This document shows positions 19,194 to 27,200 of a DNA stretch of 64,000 bases, one piece after another (the stretch's first letter is position 1; every line of letters starts with the position of its first letter). Origin of the DNA: Leadbetterella sp. (GTDB lineage Bacteria; Bacteroidota; Bacteroidia; Cytophagales; Spirosomataceae). Below the pieces are notes generated by a model, which saw nothing but the letters and a program-made list of their open reading frames with translations, was not told where the DNA came from and ran no database searches. The position numbers were made by a program, and so were the translations under genes. Where the stretch lies: NCBI GenBank assembly GCA_035299025.1, contig DATGXK010000019.1:22142-86141 (forward strand), read 5' to 3'.

Positions 19194-19313
19194 CGTATTT
19201 TAATGATTTTTAGAAGTATAATTGCTCTAACGCAAATATAATAAAATTTGTACTTTCTGGTGTAAAATTAGTCTATATTGTCCTTTTTATTGCATTTAAA
19301 CTATATTTTTCGA

Positions 19314-19397
19314 ATAATTTATATAAATATATTACCTTGTATTGAAATTTATAATCAGCAATTTTGAAATATTAATCTATAGATAATTTATATAAAT
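19314..19397. promoter_or_regulatory. two copies of a 15-bp repeat containing a 12-bp perfect palindrome (candidate operator pair)
   Basis: ATAATTTATATAAAT occurs at 19314-19328 and again at 19383-19397. The core ATTTATATAAAT is its own reverse complement. Both lie in the divergent intergenic region between the 477-aa gene and the M4 protease gene. Confidence 0.4.
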
Positions 19398-19426
19398 TAT
19401 TATTATTTCAATAAATTTTGAAAATA

Positions 19427-22400
19427 ATGAACAAAAATCTACTTTCCGGCTTACTATTATTAACTTCAGCCCTTGTTTTTGGGCAAAAAGGATTTGATTC
19501 AAAAAACCAAGCATCCTCGGGCCAACCAATTCTCCAAGCATTCGAAACGATTAGTGCCAAGGGCAAGAATTCTCCCAAAAATCCAAAATTTGCCCTTAGT
19601 CCGAAACAGTCGGCCAAGAAAATATTGAGAGACGATGAAACTGGAGCCGTGGTGTATATCAATAACCCGGTTTATACCAGAGATCTTAAAAACGCACGAA
19701 AAAACAGCTCGGACATGAGCAAGAGTTTCTTGAATTCTGTCAAAAATGAACTTAAAATAAGCAACCCTTCAGATGAGTTTAGACTTGTGGCTGACGAGAC
19801 CGACGACCTTGGCCTGAGGCATTTGAAACTCGAACAAACTTTCAAAAACATACCCATATATGGCGGAGAAGCGGTAGTTCACACCAACAGAGACGGTGTT
19901 GCGGAGTTTTTGATGGGAAAAATATTCCCGAGCCCAAATTTAAATACTACAGCTAATATCAGTCCTACAGCTGCGATAGAATTGAGCTTAAAGGACCTTG
20001 GAAAATCAACTATTGTCCAAAAAACTGGCAAAGTAAATCAGTTTTTAAGTTTGGAGCCTGATATGGCAGAACTCATCATCTTGAATGAAAAAGGTAAAAG
20101 TTACTTGGCCTACCATATCACAGCACGACCAAACTTACTCGAACGCTGGGTGTATTTCATAGACGCTCATTCGGGCGAAGTGATTAACAAATATAACCAT
20201 ACTTGTACGCTAGACGGTGTGGTATCTGCTACAGCCAAGGACTTAAATGGCCTTACAAAAACATTTAATACTGTGCAGGTGGGCCAAAACTACTTTATGA
20301 TTGACGTAACCAAGAACATGTATAATCCCCAATCAAGCCTGCCTGACAGCCCAAAAGGGGTCATTTGGACCATCGATGCACAGAACTCTAGAATTGACCA
20401 AGACAAAATGGACTTGGCCCACGTAACCTCTACCAGCCGAACCAATTGGAATGCTACAGCGGTTTCGGCTCATATAAATGCTTCAATTTGCTACGACTAT
20501 TACCTTTCTAAATTCAACCGAAACTCGCTGAACGGCTCCAAAGGAAATATCATATCGGTTATAAATATAGCCGATGAAGACGGCAAAGGAATGGACAATG
20601 CCTATTGGAACGGCCAATTTATGGGATATGGAAATGGTAAATCGGGCTTTAAACCTTTGGCTGGTGCTCTGGATGTGGCGGGTCATGAAATGACGCATGG
20701 CGTGATAGAAAACACAGCTAAACTTGAATATAGAAACCAGTCAGGTGCCCTAAATGAATCCTTTGCGGACATTTTTGGAGCTCTGATAGATAGAGACGAC
20801 TGGACGCTCGGGGAAGACGTAGTAATCAAGAGTGTTTTTCCTTCAGGAGCCTTACGCTCACTCGAAAACCCAAATCAAGGTGGAAAGAACGACAACGGCT
20901 ACCAGCCAAAAAATATGTCTCAATATCAATTCTTGAAAGATACACCCTCAGAAGACAATGGCGGAGTGCACATCAACAGCGGTATTCCTAATCACGCCTT
21001 TTACAAATTTGCCACAGCCTCTGGCATGACCAAAGACAAAGCTGAAAAGGTGTATTGGAGAGCCATGACTACCTATTTGACACGTACATCAAAATTTGCC
21101 GATCTCCGTGTGGCTGTCATACAGGCGTCGAAGGATTTATATGGCGAAGGCCAAGAAACCACTGCTGCAAAAGGTGCCTTCGACTTCGTGGGAATTACAG
21201 ACGGATCAACTTCAAATGGAAATACTGGAAACACGGGCACTGGAAACACAAGTTCTGACAACACCATACCGGTCAATCCCGGCACGGAATCTTTAGTGGC
21301 ATTTGACCCGACAGATAATAGTCTTTACTCGGGAGCATTTACTGGAAATAGCTTTACAAAAATATCGAATGGATTGGGCTGCTTAGGCAAACCAAGCATT
21401 ACGGACGACGGCAGTTTTGTTTATTTTGTAGGAAAAGACAAACACATTTACAGAGTAGATTTAGCCAAAAACTCTGCTCCACAACAACTTTCCAATGAGC
21501 CTTCCTGGCGAAATGTGGCCATTTCGAAAGACGGAAAACAATTGGCCGCCTTGGCTAGTGTCACAGATACCTACATCTATGTTTTCGATTTGGTAAACAA
21601 TAAAAATAAGCGATTCGAACTCTATAACCCTACCTACACAAAGGGTGTAAGCACCGGTGAGGTACTTTATGCCGATTCTTTTGAATGGGATTATTCTGGC
21701 GAATTTATAGTTTATGATGCATTAAATGAAGCTGAAACAACCTTTAAAAATTTTAAATATTGGGATGTTGGTATTATCAGAATCTGGGATCCGGTAAAAA
21801 AAGATTTCTCAGATGGAGTTATTGAAAAAATGTTTACCAACCTAGAAGAAGGCGACAACATCGGCAACCCGGCATTAGCCAAGACAAATACTGGTATATA
21901 TGCCTTTGATTATTTTGTATCGGATGAAAAAGCTTACTATGTACTTACTTTGGATTTGGGCAAATCGTCCAACAATATTCAGTTAATAGAAGAAAACAAT
22001 GATATTGGTTATCCGAATTTTACCAAAGCAGACAATATGCTCCTTTTCAATTCTAAAGACCAAAACAAACAGGTGATAAAAGGTGTAAATCTAAAAAGTG
22101 ATAAGATTTCGCCAAATGGAACGCCTACGGTACTGTTTACCGATGCCATGTGGGGTGTAACTTATGCGGCAGGAACAAGGGCATTGCCAACCAAAGAAGC
22201 TCAAACTATCACCATCAGCAATATTACTGACAAAGCTCCAAGGGCAAGTTTTGACATAGCTGCCACCTCGAGTTCCAAGCTTGGGCTTATTTTCTCGGTA
22301 GTCTCCGGCGATGCCACAGTTAACGGCAAAACTGTTACCCTAGGAAGTATACCCGGAAAGGTAACCTTGAGAGCCATACAGGTGGGCGACGCCAAGTATG

Positions 22401-22888
22401 CCAGTGCTACGGCCGAAGTGGTCTTTTGTATAGTACCACCCACCCCAAGCTTGTCTGATGCCACCATTGCTGTAACCGCCTCTGGTGGCACTCTCTATCA
22501 GTTTTTTGTAAACAATAATCCGATTGGGGGGCAAACCAGCAACAATACACTCAAAAAGGATTTCGGTGGGGTATATACTGTAAAATCCGTTACTTCTGAC
22601 GGTTGCTTGAGTGCCTCTTCAAATGCTATTTCGGCGGCCGTTTTGGCCACTGAACCTAAAACAGTTCCGAAAATCAACCTAGCTCCTAATCCCATTGAAG
22701 ATCAGATTAATTTGATTTTGCCAGCAGGTGAAACATTAATTGAAATGGAATTGGTGGACAACTTGGGTAAAAGCGTTTTGAGAAGTACCAAAACCAATGA
22801 AAACGTGAAAGGCATCTCGACAGGCCAGTATGTTCTTAAAGTACAAACTGCTCAAAATACATACTCTTTGAAACTCATCAAGAAATAG
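19427..22888 (+). CDS. secreted M4 (thermolysin-like) metalloprotease with beta-propeller-like and Ig-like regions and a T9SS C-terminal sorting domain
   Basis: Signal peptide MNKNLLSGLLLLTSALVFGQ. HEMTH lies at 20684-20698, with GALNESFADIFG downstream (M4 signature). An NGNTGNTGTGNT linker follows, then PD40-like repeats (DGSFVYFVGKDKHIYRVDL, ISKDGKQLAAL). The last ~75 aa (NLAPNPIEDQINLILP...YVLKVQTAQNTYSLKLIKK) look like a type A T9SS CTD. The ATG at 19427 is preferred over the TTG at 19418. Confidence 0.85.
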   Translation: MNKNLLSGLLLLTSALVFGQKGFDSKNQASSGQPILQAFETISAKGKNSPKNPKFALSPKQSAKKILRDDETGAVVYINNPVYTRDLKNARKNSSDMSKSFLNSVKNELKISNPSDEFRLVADETDDLGLRHLKLEQTFKNIPIYGGEAVVHTNRDGVAEFLMGKIFPSPNLNTTANISPTAAIELSLKDLGKSTIVQKTGKVNQFLSLEPDMAELIILNEKGKSYLAYHITARPNLLERWVYFIDAHSGEVINKYNHTCTLDGVVSATAKDLNGLTKTFNTVQVGQNYFMIDVTKNMYNPQSSLPDSPKGVIWTIDAQNSRIDQDKMDLAHVTSTSRTNWNATAVSAHINASICYDYYLSKFNRNSLNGSKGNIISVINIADEDGKGMDNAYWNGQFMGYGNGKSGFKPLAGALDVAGHEMTHGVIENTAKLEYRNQSGALNESFADIFGALIDRDDWTLGEDVVIKSVFPSGALRSLENPNQGGKNDNGYQPKNMSQYQFLKDTPSEDNGGVHINSGIPNHAFYKFATASGMTKDKAEKVYWRAMTTYLTRTSKFADLRVAVIQASKDLYGEGQETTAAKGAFDFVGITDGSTSNGNTGNTGTGNTSSDNTIPVNPGTESLVAFDPTDNSLYSGAFTGNSFTKISNGLGCLGKPSITDDGSFVYFVGKDKHIYRVDLAKNSAPQQLSNEPSWRNVAISKDGKQLAALASVTDTYIYVFDLVNNKNKRFELYNPTYTKGVSTGEVLYADSFEWDYSGEFIVYDALNEAETTFKNFKYWDVGIIRIWDPVKKDFSDGVIEKMFTNLEEGDNIGNPALAKTNTGIYAFDYFVSDEKAYYVLTLDLGKSSNNIQLIEENNDIGYPNFTKADNMLLFNSKDQNKQVIKGVNLKSDKISPNGTPTVLFTDAMWGVTYAAGTRALPTKEAQTITISNITDKAPRASFDIAATSSSKLGLIFSVVSGDATVNGKTVTLGSIPGKVTLRAIQVGDAKYASATAEVVFCIVPPTPSLSDATIAVTASGGTLYQFFVNNNPIGGQTSNNTLKKDFGGVYTVKSVTSDGCLSASSNAISAAVLATEPKTVPKINLAPNPIEDQINLILPAGETLIEMELVDNLGKSVLRSTKTNENVKGISTGQYVLKVQTAQNTYSLKLIKK

Positions 22889-22907
22889 TTTACAGAAACC
22901 AAACAAA

Positions 22908-22962
22908 AAAGCCAAGAATTTAGGGTATAACTTTTCAGTTCTAGTCCCGAATTCTTGGCTTT
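22908..22962. terminator. long stem-loop between convergent M4 protease and GNAT genes
   Basis: AAAGCCAAGAATT (22908-22920) pairs perfectly with AATTCTTGGCTTT (22950-22962) around a 29-nt loop. A/T runs flank it on both sides. Confidence 0.55.
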
Positions 22963-22979
22963 CCTGTATCCTAGTCTTT

Positions 22980-23402
22980 TTAGAGTCTTTTCACAAACTT
23001 AAAATGCCCCCTACCAAAACCGTTTCTAAGATAAAAACTGTGTGCTTTTAGCCGTTTCATATTGCTCGAAAGCTCAATCTGCAACCAGCCTTTTTCTAAA
23101 CCCAACTTTTGGGCAGTCTCTATGAACTTTTGACCAATATTTAGCCCCCTGTATTTCTCTTTGATGATCAATTCTTGTAGTTCGGCCAATTTATGGCAAT
23201 GGTGCAGCGGAAAATATTCAAACAAACTCATGAAACCCACCACCTCTCCACCTACCTCAGCCACATAATAATAGACATCAGAGTTTTTGAGGTTGTTGTT
23301 ATAAATAGTCGCAAAGACCTCTTCATCAAACCTTTGCTCCTCCAATTCCTCTATCAAAAGTTTCACAAATTCTAAATCCGTCGCAATGGCTTTTCTAATC
23401 AT
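22980..23402 (-). CDS. GNAT family N-acetyltransferase
   Basis: 140 aa with the acetyl-CoA binding-like motif YRGLNIGQKFIETAQKLG. An ATGA overlap links it to the upstream DUF885 gene. Confidence 0.8.
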   Translation of the reverse strand: MIRKAIATDLEFVKLLIEELEEQRFDEEVFATIYNNNLKNSDVYYYVAEVGGEVVGFMSLFEYFPLHHCHKLAELQELIIKEKYRGLNIGQKFIETAQKLGLEKGWLQIELSSNMKRLKAHSFYLRNGFGRGHFKFVKRL

Positions 23403-25159
23403 TTTGAAAGTCTATTTGACCATGCGTCTAAGGTTTCTTCCAAAACGCTCAAAGGTAAGCAACCGTTTTTCAGAATTTGGTCATGAAAATCAGCCAGTTT
23501 AAATTTTTCGCCCAAAGCAGAAGTGTATTTATTTCTGAGCTCCTTGATTTTCAAAGCCCCAATCTTGTACGACAAAGCCTGACCCGGAATGGCCATGTAA
23601 CGTTCAATCTCAGCAGTGGCTCCTTCTTTGGATATGGCTTCGTTCTGCAACATATAGTTTAATGCCTCCTCCCTACTCCAACTTTTGGTGTGAATACCCA
23701 CATCTACCACCAATCTTATAGCCCGATGCATTTCATCGCCCAAGGCTCCCAAATATTGATAAGAGTCGGTATAAAGCCCCAATTCTTTACCCAAAGACTC
23801 GGTGTAAAGTGCCCAGCCTTCGCCGTAGGCACCATACCAACCAAATCGCATAAACTTCGGCAGTGCAAGGTTTTCTTGCTGTAGCGACACCTGGTAATGA
23901 TGCCCGGGTATAGCCTCATGGAGAAAAAGTGACTCCATACCAGAAGTAACGTTAAATTTTGAAGCGTTGGGAATTGGAACATAAAACACTCCCGGACGAC
24001 TGCCATCTGCCGTGCCTTGCATATACTCCGCACTAGCAGACGCCTCTCTAAATGCCTCCGTTCTTCTAATTTCGAAACCCGTCTTAGGTGTATTATTGAA
24101 CATCTTCTTCAGATTTGGATCAATTTTGCTCTGAATAGCTTTAAATGCAGCCAAAACATCGTCAGCATTTTTGTAGGGCATCAGCTTAGGGTCAGTTTTT
24201 ACACTTTCGAAAAACGAAATCAAATCGCCTTTATAGCCAACTTGCTCTTTCACCTTCAACATTTCCTTCTGAATTCTTGTCACTTCTGAAAGACCGGCTT
24301 GGAATATTTCCTCTGGTGATTTTAAGGAAGTTGTCCAATAATAGGTCAAATATTCGTAATATTTACGACCATCAGGCAGATTTCCAATTCCGCTAGAAGC
24401 ACGAGCCGCTCCCAAATATGTTCCGGCCAAGAAAGTCTCCAATTTCTTGTAGGCAGGGCGAATTTTGTTATCTATGGCTTCGGTATATTTCTGTGTATAG
24501 TAGGCTTTTTGCTCAGTAGTAAAACTAGCTGGAATTTTCTTAATAGGGCCAAAAAACAAATTATCCACCGCAGCAGGCTCGGCCAAATCGTGCATTTGTG
24601 GCACCATTTTTACCACCAAAGATTTTGGCAATATGTAGTTGCTCTTTATTCCTTTATTGAAATTCACAACGGCGGTGTCTGCCCAAACCACAAACTGATC
24701 GATTCGCTTCAGCCAATTGTCATAGTCCTGAGTAGTTTTAAACGGCTGAGAAGCTTCTCCACTGCCCAACTGAGCAAAAGTGAGCGGCAAACCCGTAAAT
24801 TGATTGAACGGAATAAGATGAGTTGGAAAGCCAAGCCCTTCCAATTCCACATTAATATTGAATTTGAGTGTGTTGTACTGAATCAGCTCATCCTCAGACA
24901 ATTCCTTTGGATCTATTTTGTCCAATTTGTCATTGTAGGTTGTATAAAAAGCAAATAAGTCTTTTCTGAAACTCTCAGATATGTCAATCGGCAGTTGGTC
25001 GTTCAAGCGGTTATCACCTTGCGAAGTAGCCTCTAAGGGATAAAACTTTAGTTTTTCTTCGTAAAACTGTTCAAAAAGTGTTTTAAGTTCGGCGTTTTCT
25101 TTGGGCTTACAAGCGAAAAAGCCGATAGCGATGAGTGCAAAAATGACAACTCTATTCAT
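23399..25159 (-). CDS. DUF885 family lipoprotein (putative metallopeptidase-like)
   Basis: HEAIPGHHYQ and the overall length are typical of DUF885. The internal ATG at 25159 gives MNRVVIFALIAIGFFAC (lipobox) and removes the overlap with the upstream gene. Confidence 0.75.
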   Translation of the reverse strand: MNRVVIFALIAIGFFACKPKENAELKTLFEQFYEEKLKFYPLEATSQGDNRLNDQLPIDISESFRKDLFAFYTTYNDKLDKIDPKELSEDELIQYNTLKFNINVELEGLGFPTHLIPFNQFTGLPLTFAQLGSGEASQPFKTTQDYDNWLKRIDQFVVWADTAVVNFNKGIKSNYILPKSLVVKMVPQMHDLAEPAAVDNLFFGPIKKIPASFTTEQKAYYTQKYTEAIDNKIRPAYKKLETFLAGTYLGAARASSGIGNLPDGRKYYEYLTYYWTTSLKSPEEIFQAGLSEVTRIQKEMLKVKEQVGYKGDLISFFESVKTDPKLMPYKNADDVLAAFKAIQSKIDPNLKKMFNNTPKTGFEIRRTEAFREASASAEYMQGTADGSRPGVFYVPIPNASKFNVTSGMESLFLHEAIPGHHYQVSLQQENLALPKFMRFGWYGAYGEGWALYTESLGKELGLYTDSYQYLGALGDEMHRAIRLVVDVGIHTKSWSREEALNYMLQNEAISKEGATAEIERYMAIPGQALSYKIGALKIKELRNKYTSALGEKFKLADFHDQILKNGCLPLSVLEETLDAWSNRLSK

Positions 25160-25188
25160 TTGTTGATAATTGATTTTGGGTAAAAGAA

Positions 25189-25632
25189 TTAAATTTTTCG
25201 GGTATCTATAATGGAGAAAATCTTCCAAATATTGTTTATTTTGATCAGGGTAAACACGTTTGTTCCCTTATGCGACAGTTTGTCGTTTACATATAATTCA
25301 TAGGGCGTCCAATCTACGGCCAAGGCCACATCTGCTTGTATTTTATGTTCCAAAAGTCTTTCTTCGAGCTTTACATTTGCGGGAATAGAGCCTATAGATT
25401 TATAAAACCCTGCCATGGCTTCGTGTTTTTGAGAAACAGGTTGGCCTGTTCTAATAATGACCGAATTGAGGGCACAATCTGGGTGCATTACGCTTTTGAT
25501 GAGTGTGGTGTCTCGCTTGTGCATACCCTCGAAGAAGGTTTTCACGGTTTTCTGAATGAGCTGTTCGTCTGTTTGGGCGAAGACATTTAAAGACACTAAA
25601 ATCGCAAAAAAGGAAATTAAAAGCTTTTTCAT
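25189..25632 (-). CDS. exported NTF2-like (SnoaL/DUF4440-type) protein
   Basis: 147 aa with a signal peptide MKKLLISFFAILVSLNVFAQ. Its size and pattern are compatible with an NTF2-like fold. This call is weak. Confidence 0.5.
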   Translation of the reverse strand: MKKLLISFFAILVSLNVFAQTDEQLIQKTVKTFFEGMHKRDTTLIKSVMHPDCALNSVIIRTGQPVSQKHEAMAGFYKSIGSIPANVKLEERLLEHKIQADVALAVDWTPYELYVNDKLSHKGTNVFTLIKINNIWKIFSIIDTRKI

Positions 25633-25759
25633 TGGTTTTGATTAGAAAATTCTTCAATTCTAACATTTTTTTTGGTGTATTCAAAATATAAGGCCAAATG
25701 GCCGGCAAAGTATTTGACATAAAGTTGATTGATACCAGTCTATTTCATTAATTTAATTC

Positions 25760-25767
25760 TAATTTTG
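25760..25767 (+). promoter_or_regulatory. -7 box (TAnnTTTG) upstream of the ECF sigma gene
   Basis: TAATTTTG, about 89 nt upstream of the ATG at 25856. The implied leader contains an inverted repeat CCAGATT...AATCTGG. Confidence 0.35.
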
Positions 25768-25855
25768 AATTTCTAAACAAGGGTTCTGGTTACAATTCTC
25801 AGGCCAGATTATACTTAATAGTAAGAAATCTGGATTTCTACTTTTCAAATAAAAC

Positions 25856-26464
25856 ATGGCTCTATTCAATCTTTCAAAAGAGAAAGAAGTTCTTGAGAAA
25901 ATAAGAAAAAACCAAGATATAAATACCTGTTTGAAGTATTTGTATAAGGAATACTATGGCTTTTTGGAACGTATGGTACTGAACAACAGCGGAAGCACCG
26001 CTGACGCCGAAGATGTCATACAAGAGACTTTTTTAGCCCTTTTGCAGATCATTCAGAACGATAAATTTAAGAGAGAATCGAGTTTGAAATCGTTTCTATA
26101 CGCAGTGGCCCGAAACATTTGGCTGGTTCATTTAAAGAAACAAAATGCCGAGCAGAAAAGGGCAAAAATTTGGTTAGAAGATGCTCCCGATTTTGAGGAC
26201 GACATTCAAGAACAAATAAAGAAAAACGAGGCCTTAGTCCTAATAACAGAGATTTTTGAAAGTCTAGGAAGTGTGTGCAAGCAGATACTGAACAAGTTTT
26301 ATTATGAAGAACTTTCACTCAAAGAAATCTTACCTTTCACAGATTTTGAAAACGAACAAGTGCTAAGAAATAAGAAATCTAAATGCATGAAAACATTGAC
26401 AGATAAACTCAGTCAACAACCCAATTTAAAAGAATCACTCTATAAAGCATTAAAAATAGTTTAG
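25856..26464 (+). CDS. ECF-type RNA polymerase sigma-70 family factor
   Basis: 202 aa. Region 2-like: DAEDVIQETFLALLQ...SLKSFLYAVARNIWLVHLKK. Region 4-like: CKQILNKFYYEELSLKEI...KSKCMKTLTDKL. Confidence 0.8.
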   Translation: MALFNLSKEKEVLEKIRKNQDINTCLKYLYKEYYGFLERMVLNNSGSTADAEDVIQETFLALLQIIQNDKFKRESSLKSFLYAVARNIWLVHLKKQNAEQKRAKIWLEDAPDFEDDIQEQIKKNEALVLITEIFESLGSVCKQILNKFYYEELSLKEILPFTDFENEQVLRNKKSKCMKTLTDKLSQQPNLKESLYKALKIV

Positions 26465-26471
26465 AATCACG

Positions 26472-27200
26472 ATGGAGAAGATAGATGTGTTTGATGATTA
26501 TCTAAAAAATCGGCTCGATGATGACCAAAAACTGGCGTTTGAGAAGGATTTATCGCAGAATGAACTTCTGAAAATGGCCTTCGATAACTACAAAGTGGCC
26601 ATTGAAAGCATAAAATTCCATGGACTCCAGGAAGAAATCAGGAAAGCTCATCGGAGTTATTCAAAAACTTCGAAGAAATCAATTTATGTACCCGTATTTA
26701 GAGCAGCGGCGGTGATGCTTTTTGGCCTTATTTCTGTTGGCACTTTTTGGACCTACAAAACAAACGGTGAAGATTTATTGACCGAATCGGCCATTCAATA
26801 CATAGAACCCAACCATAGAGGGGGTACAGAAGACAGACAAGAAGCCGAAAAACTCTATTTGCGAAAAGAATATGCTTCGGTAATAAAACTTTACAACATG
26901 GCTGTCGAACAAGACGAAAAATTAGTTTTTCTGGTAGCCATGGCCCATTTTAATTTGAATGAATATCAAAAGACACTGGAAATTGCAGACAAAGCATCGC
27001 CCACAGGTCCACATGCGAACGAATATTCTTTTTACAAATGCCAAAGCTTGATAGGCTTAAAAAAATACGACGAGGCACTCATGGCAATAGAGGAAATGGA
27101 GGAAAATAGTCCATACAAAGAAGTATTTAGCTGGGAATATAGAACAAAACTTAAGCTTTTGGCTTTAAAAGAGCGTTTTTTTGAAGTAAAAACCAAATAA
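26472..27200 (+). CDS. single-pass membrane TPR protein, putative anti-sigma factor
   Basis: 242 aa, starting 7 nt after the sigma gene. It has a cytoplasmic N-terminal ~70 aa, one TM segment (VFRAAAVMLFGLISVGTFW) and a TPR-like C-terminal half. The anti-sigma role is inferred from position and topology only. Confidence 0.55.
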   Translation: MEKIDVFDDYLKNRLDDDQKLAFEKDLSQNELLKMAFDNYKVAIESIKFHGLQEEIRKAHRSYSKTSKKSIYVPVFRAAAVMLFGLISVGTFWTYKTNGEDLLTESAIQYIEPNHRGGTEDRQEAEKLYLRKEYASVIKLYNMAVEQDEKLVFLVAMAHFNLNEYQKTLEIADKASPTGPHANEYSFYKCQSLIGLKKYDEALMAIEEMEENSPYKEVFSWEYRTKLKLLALKERFFEVKTK

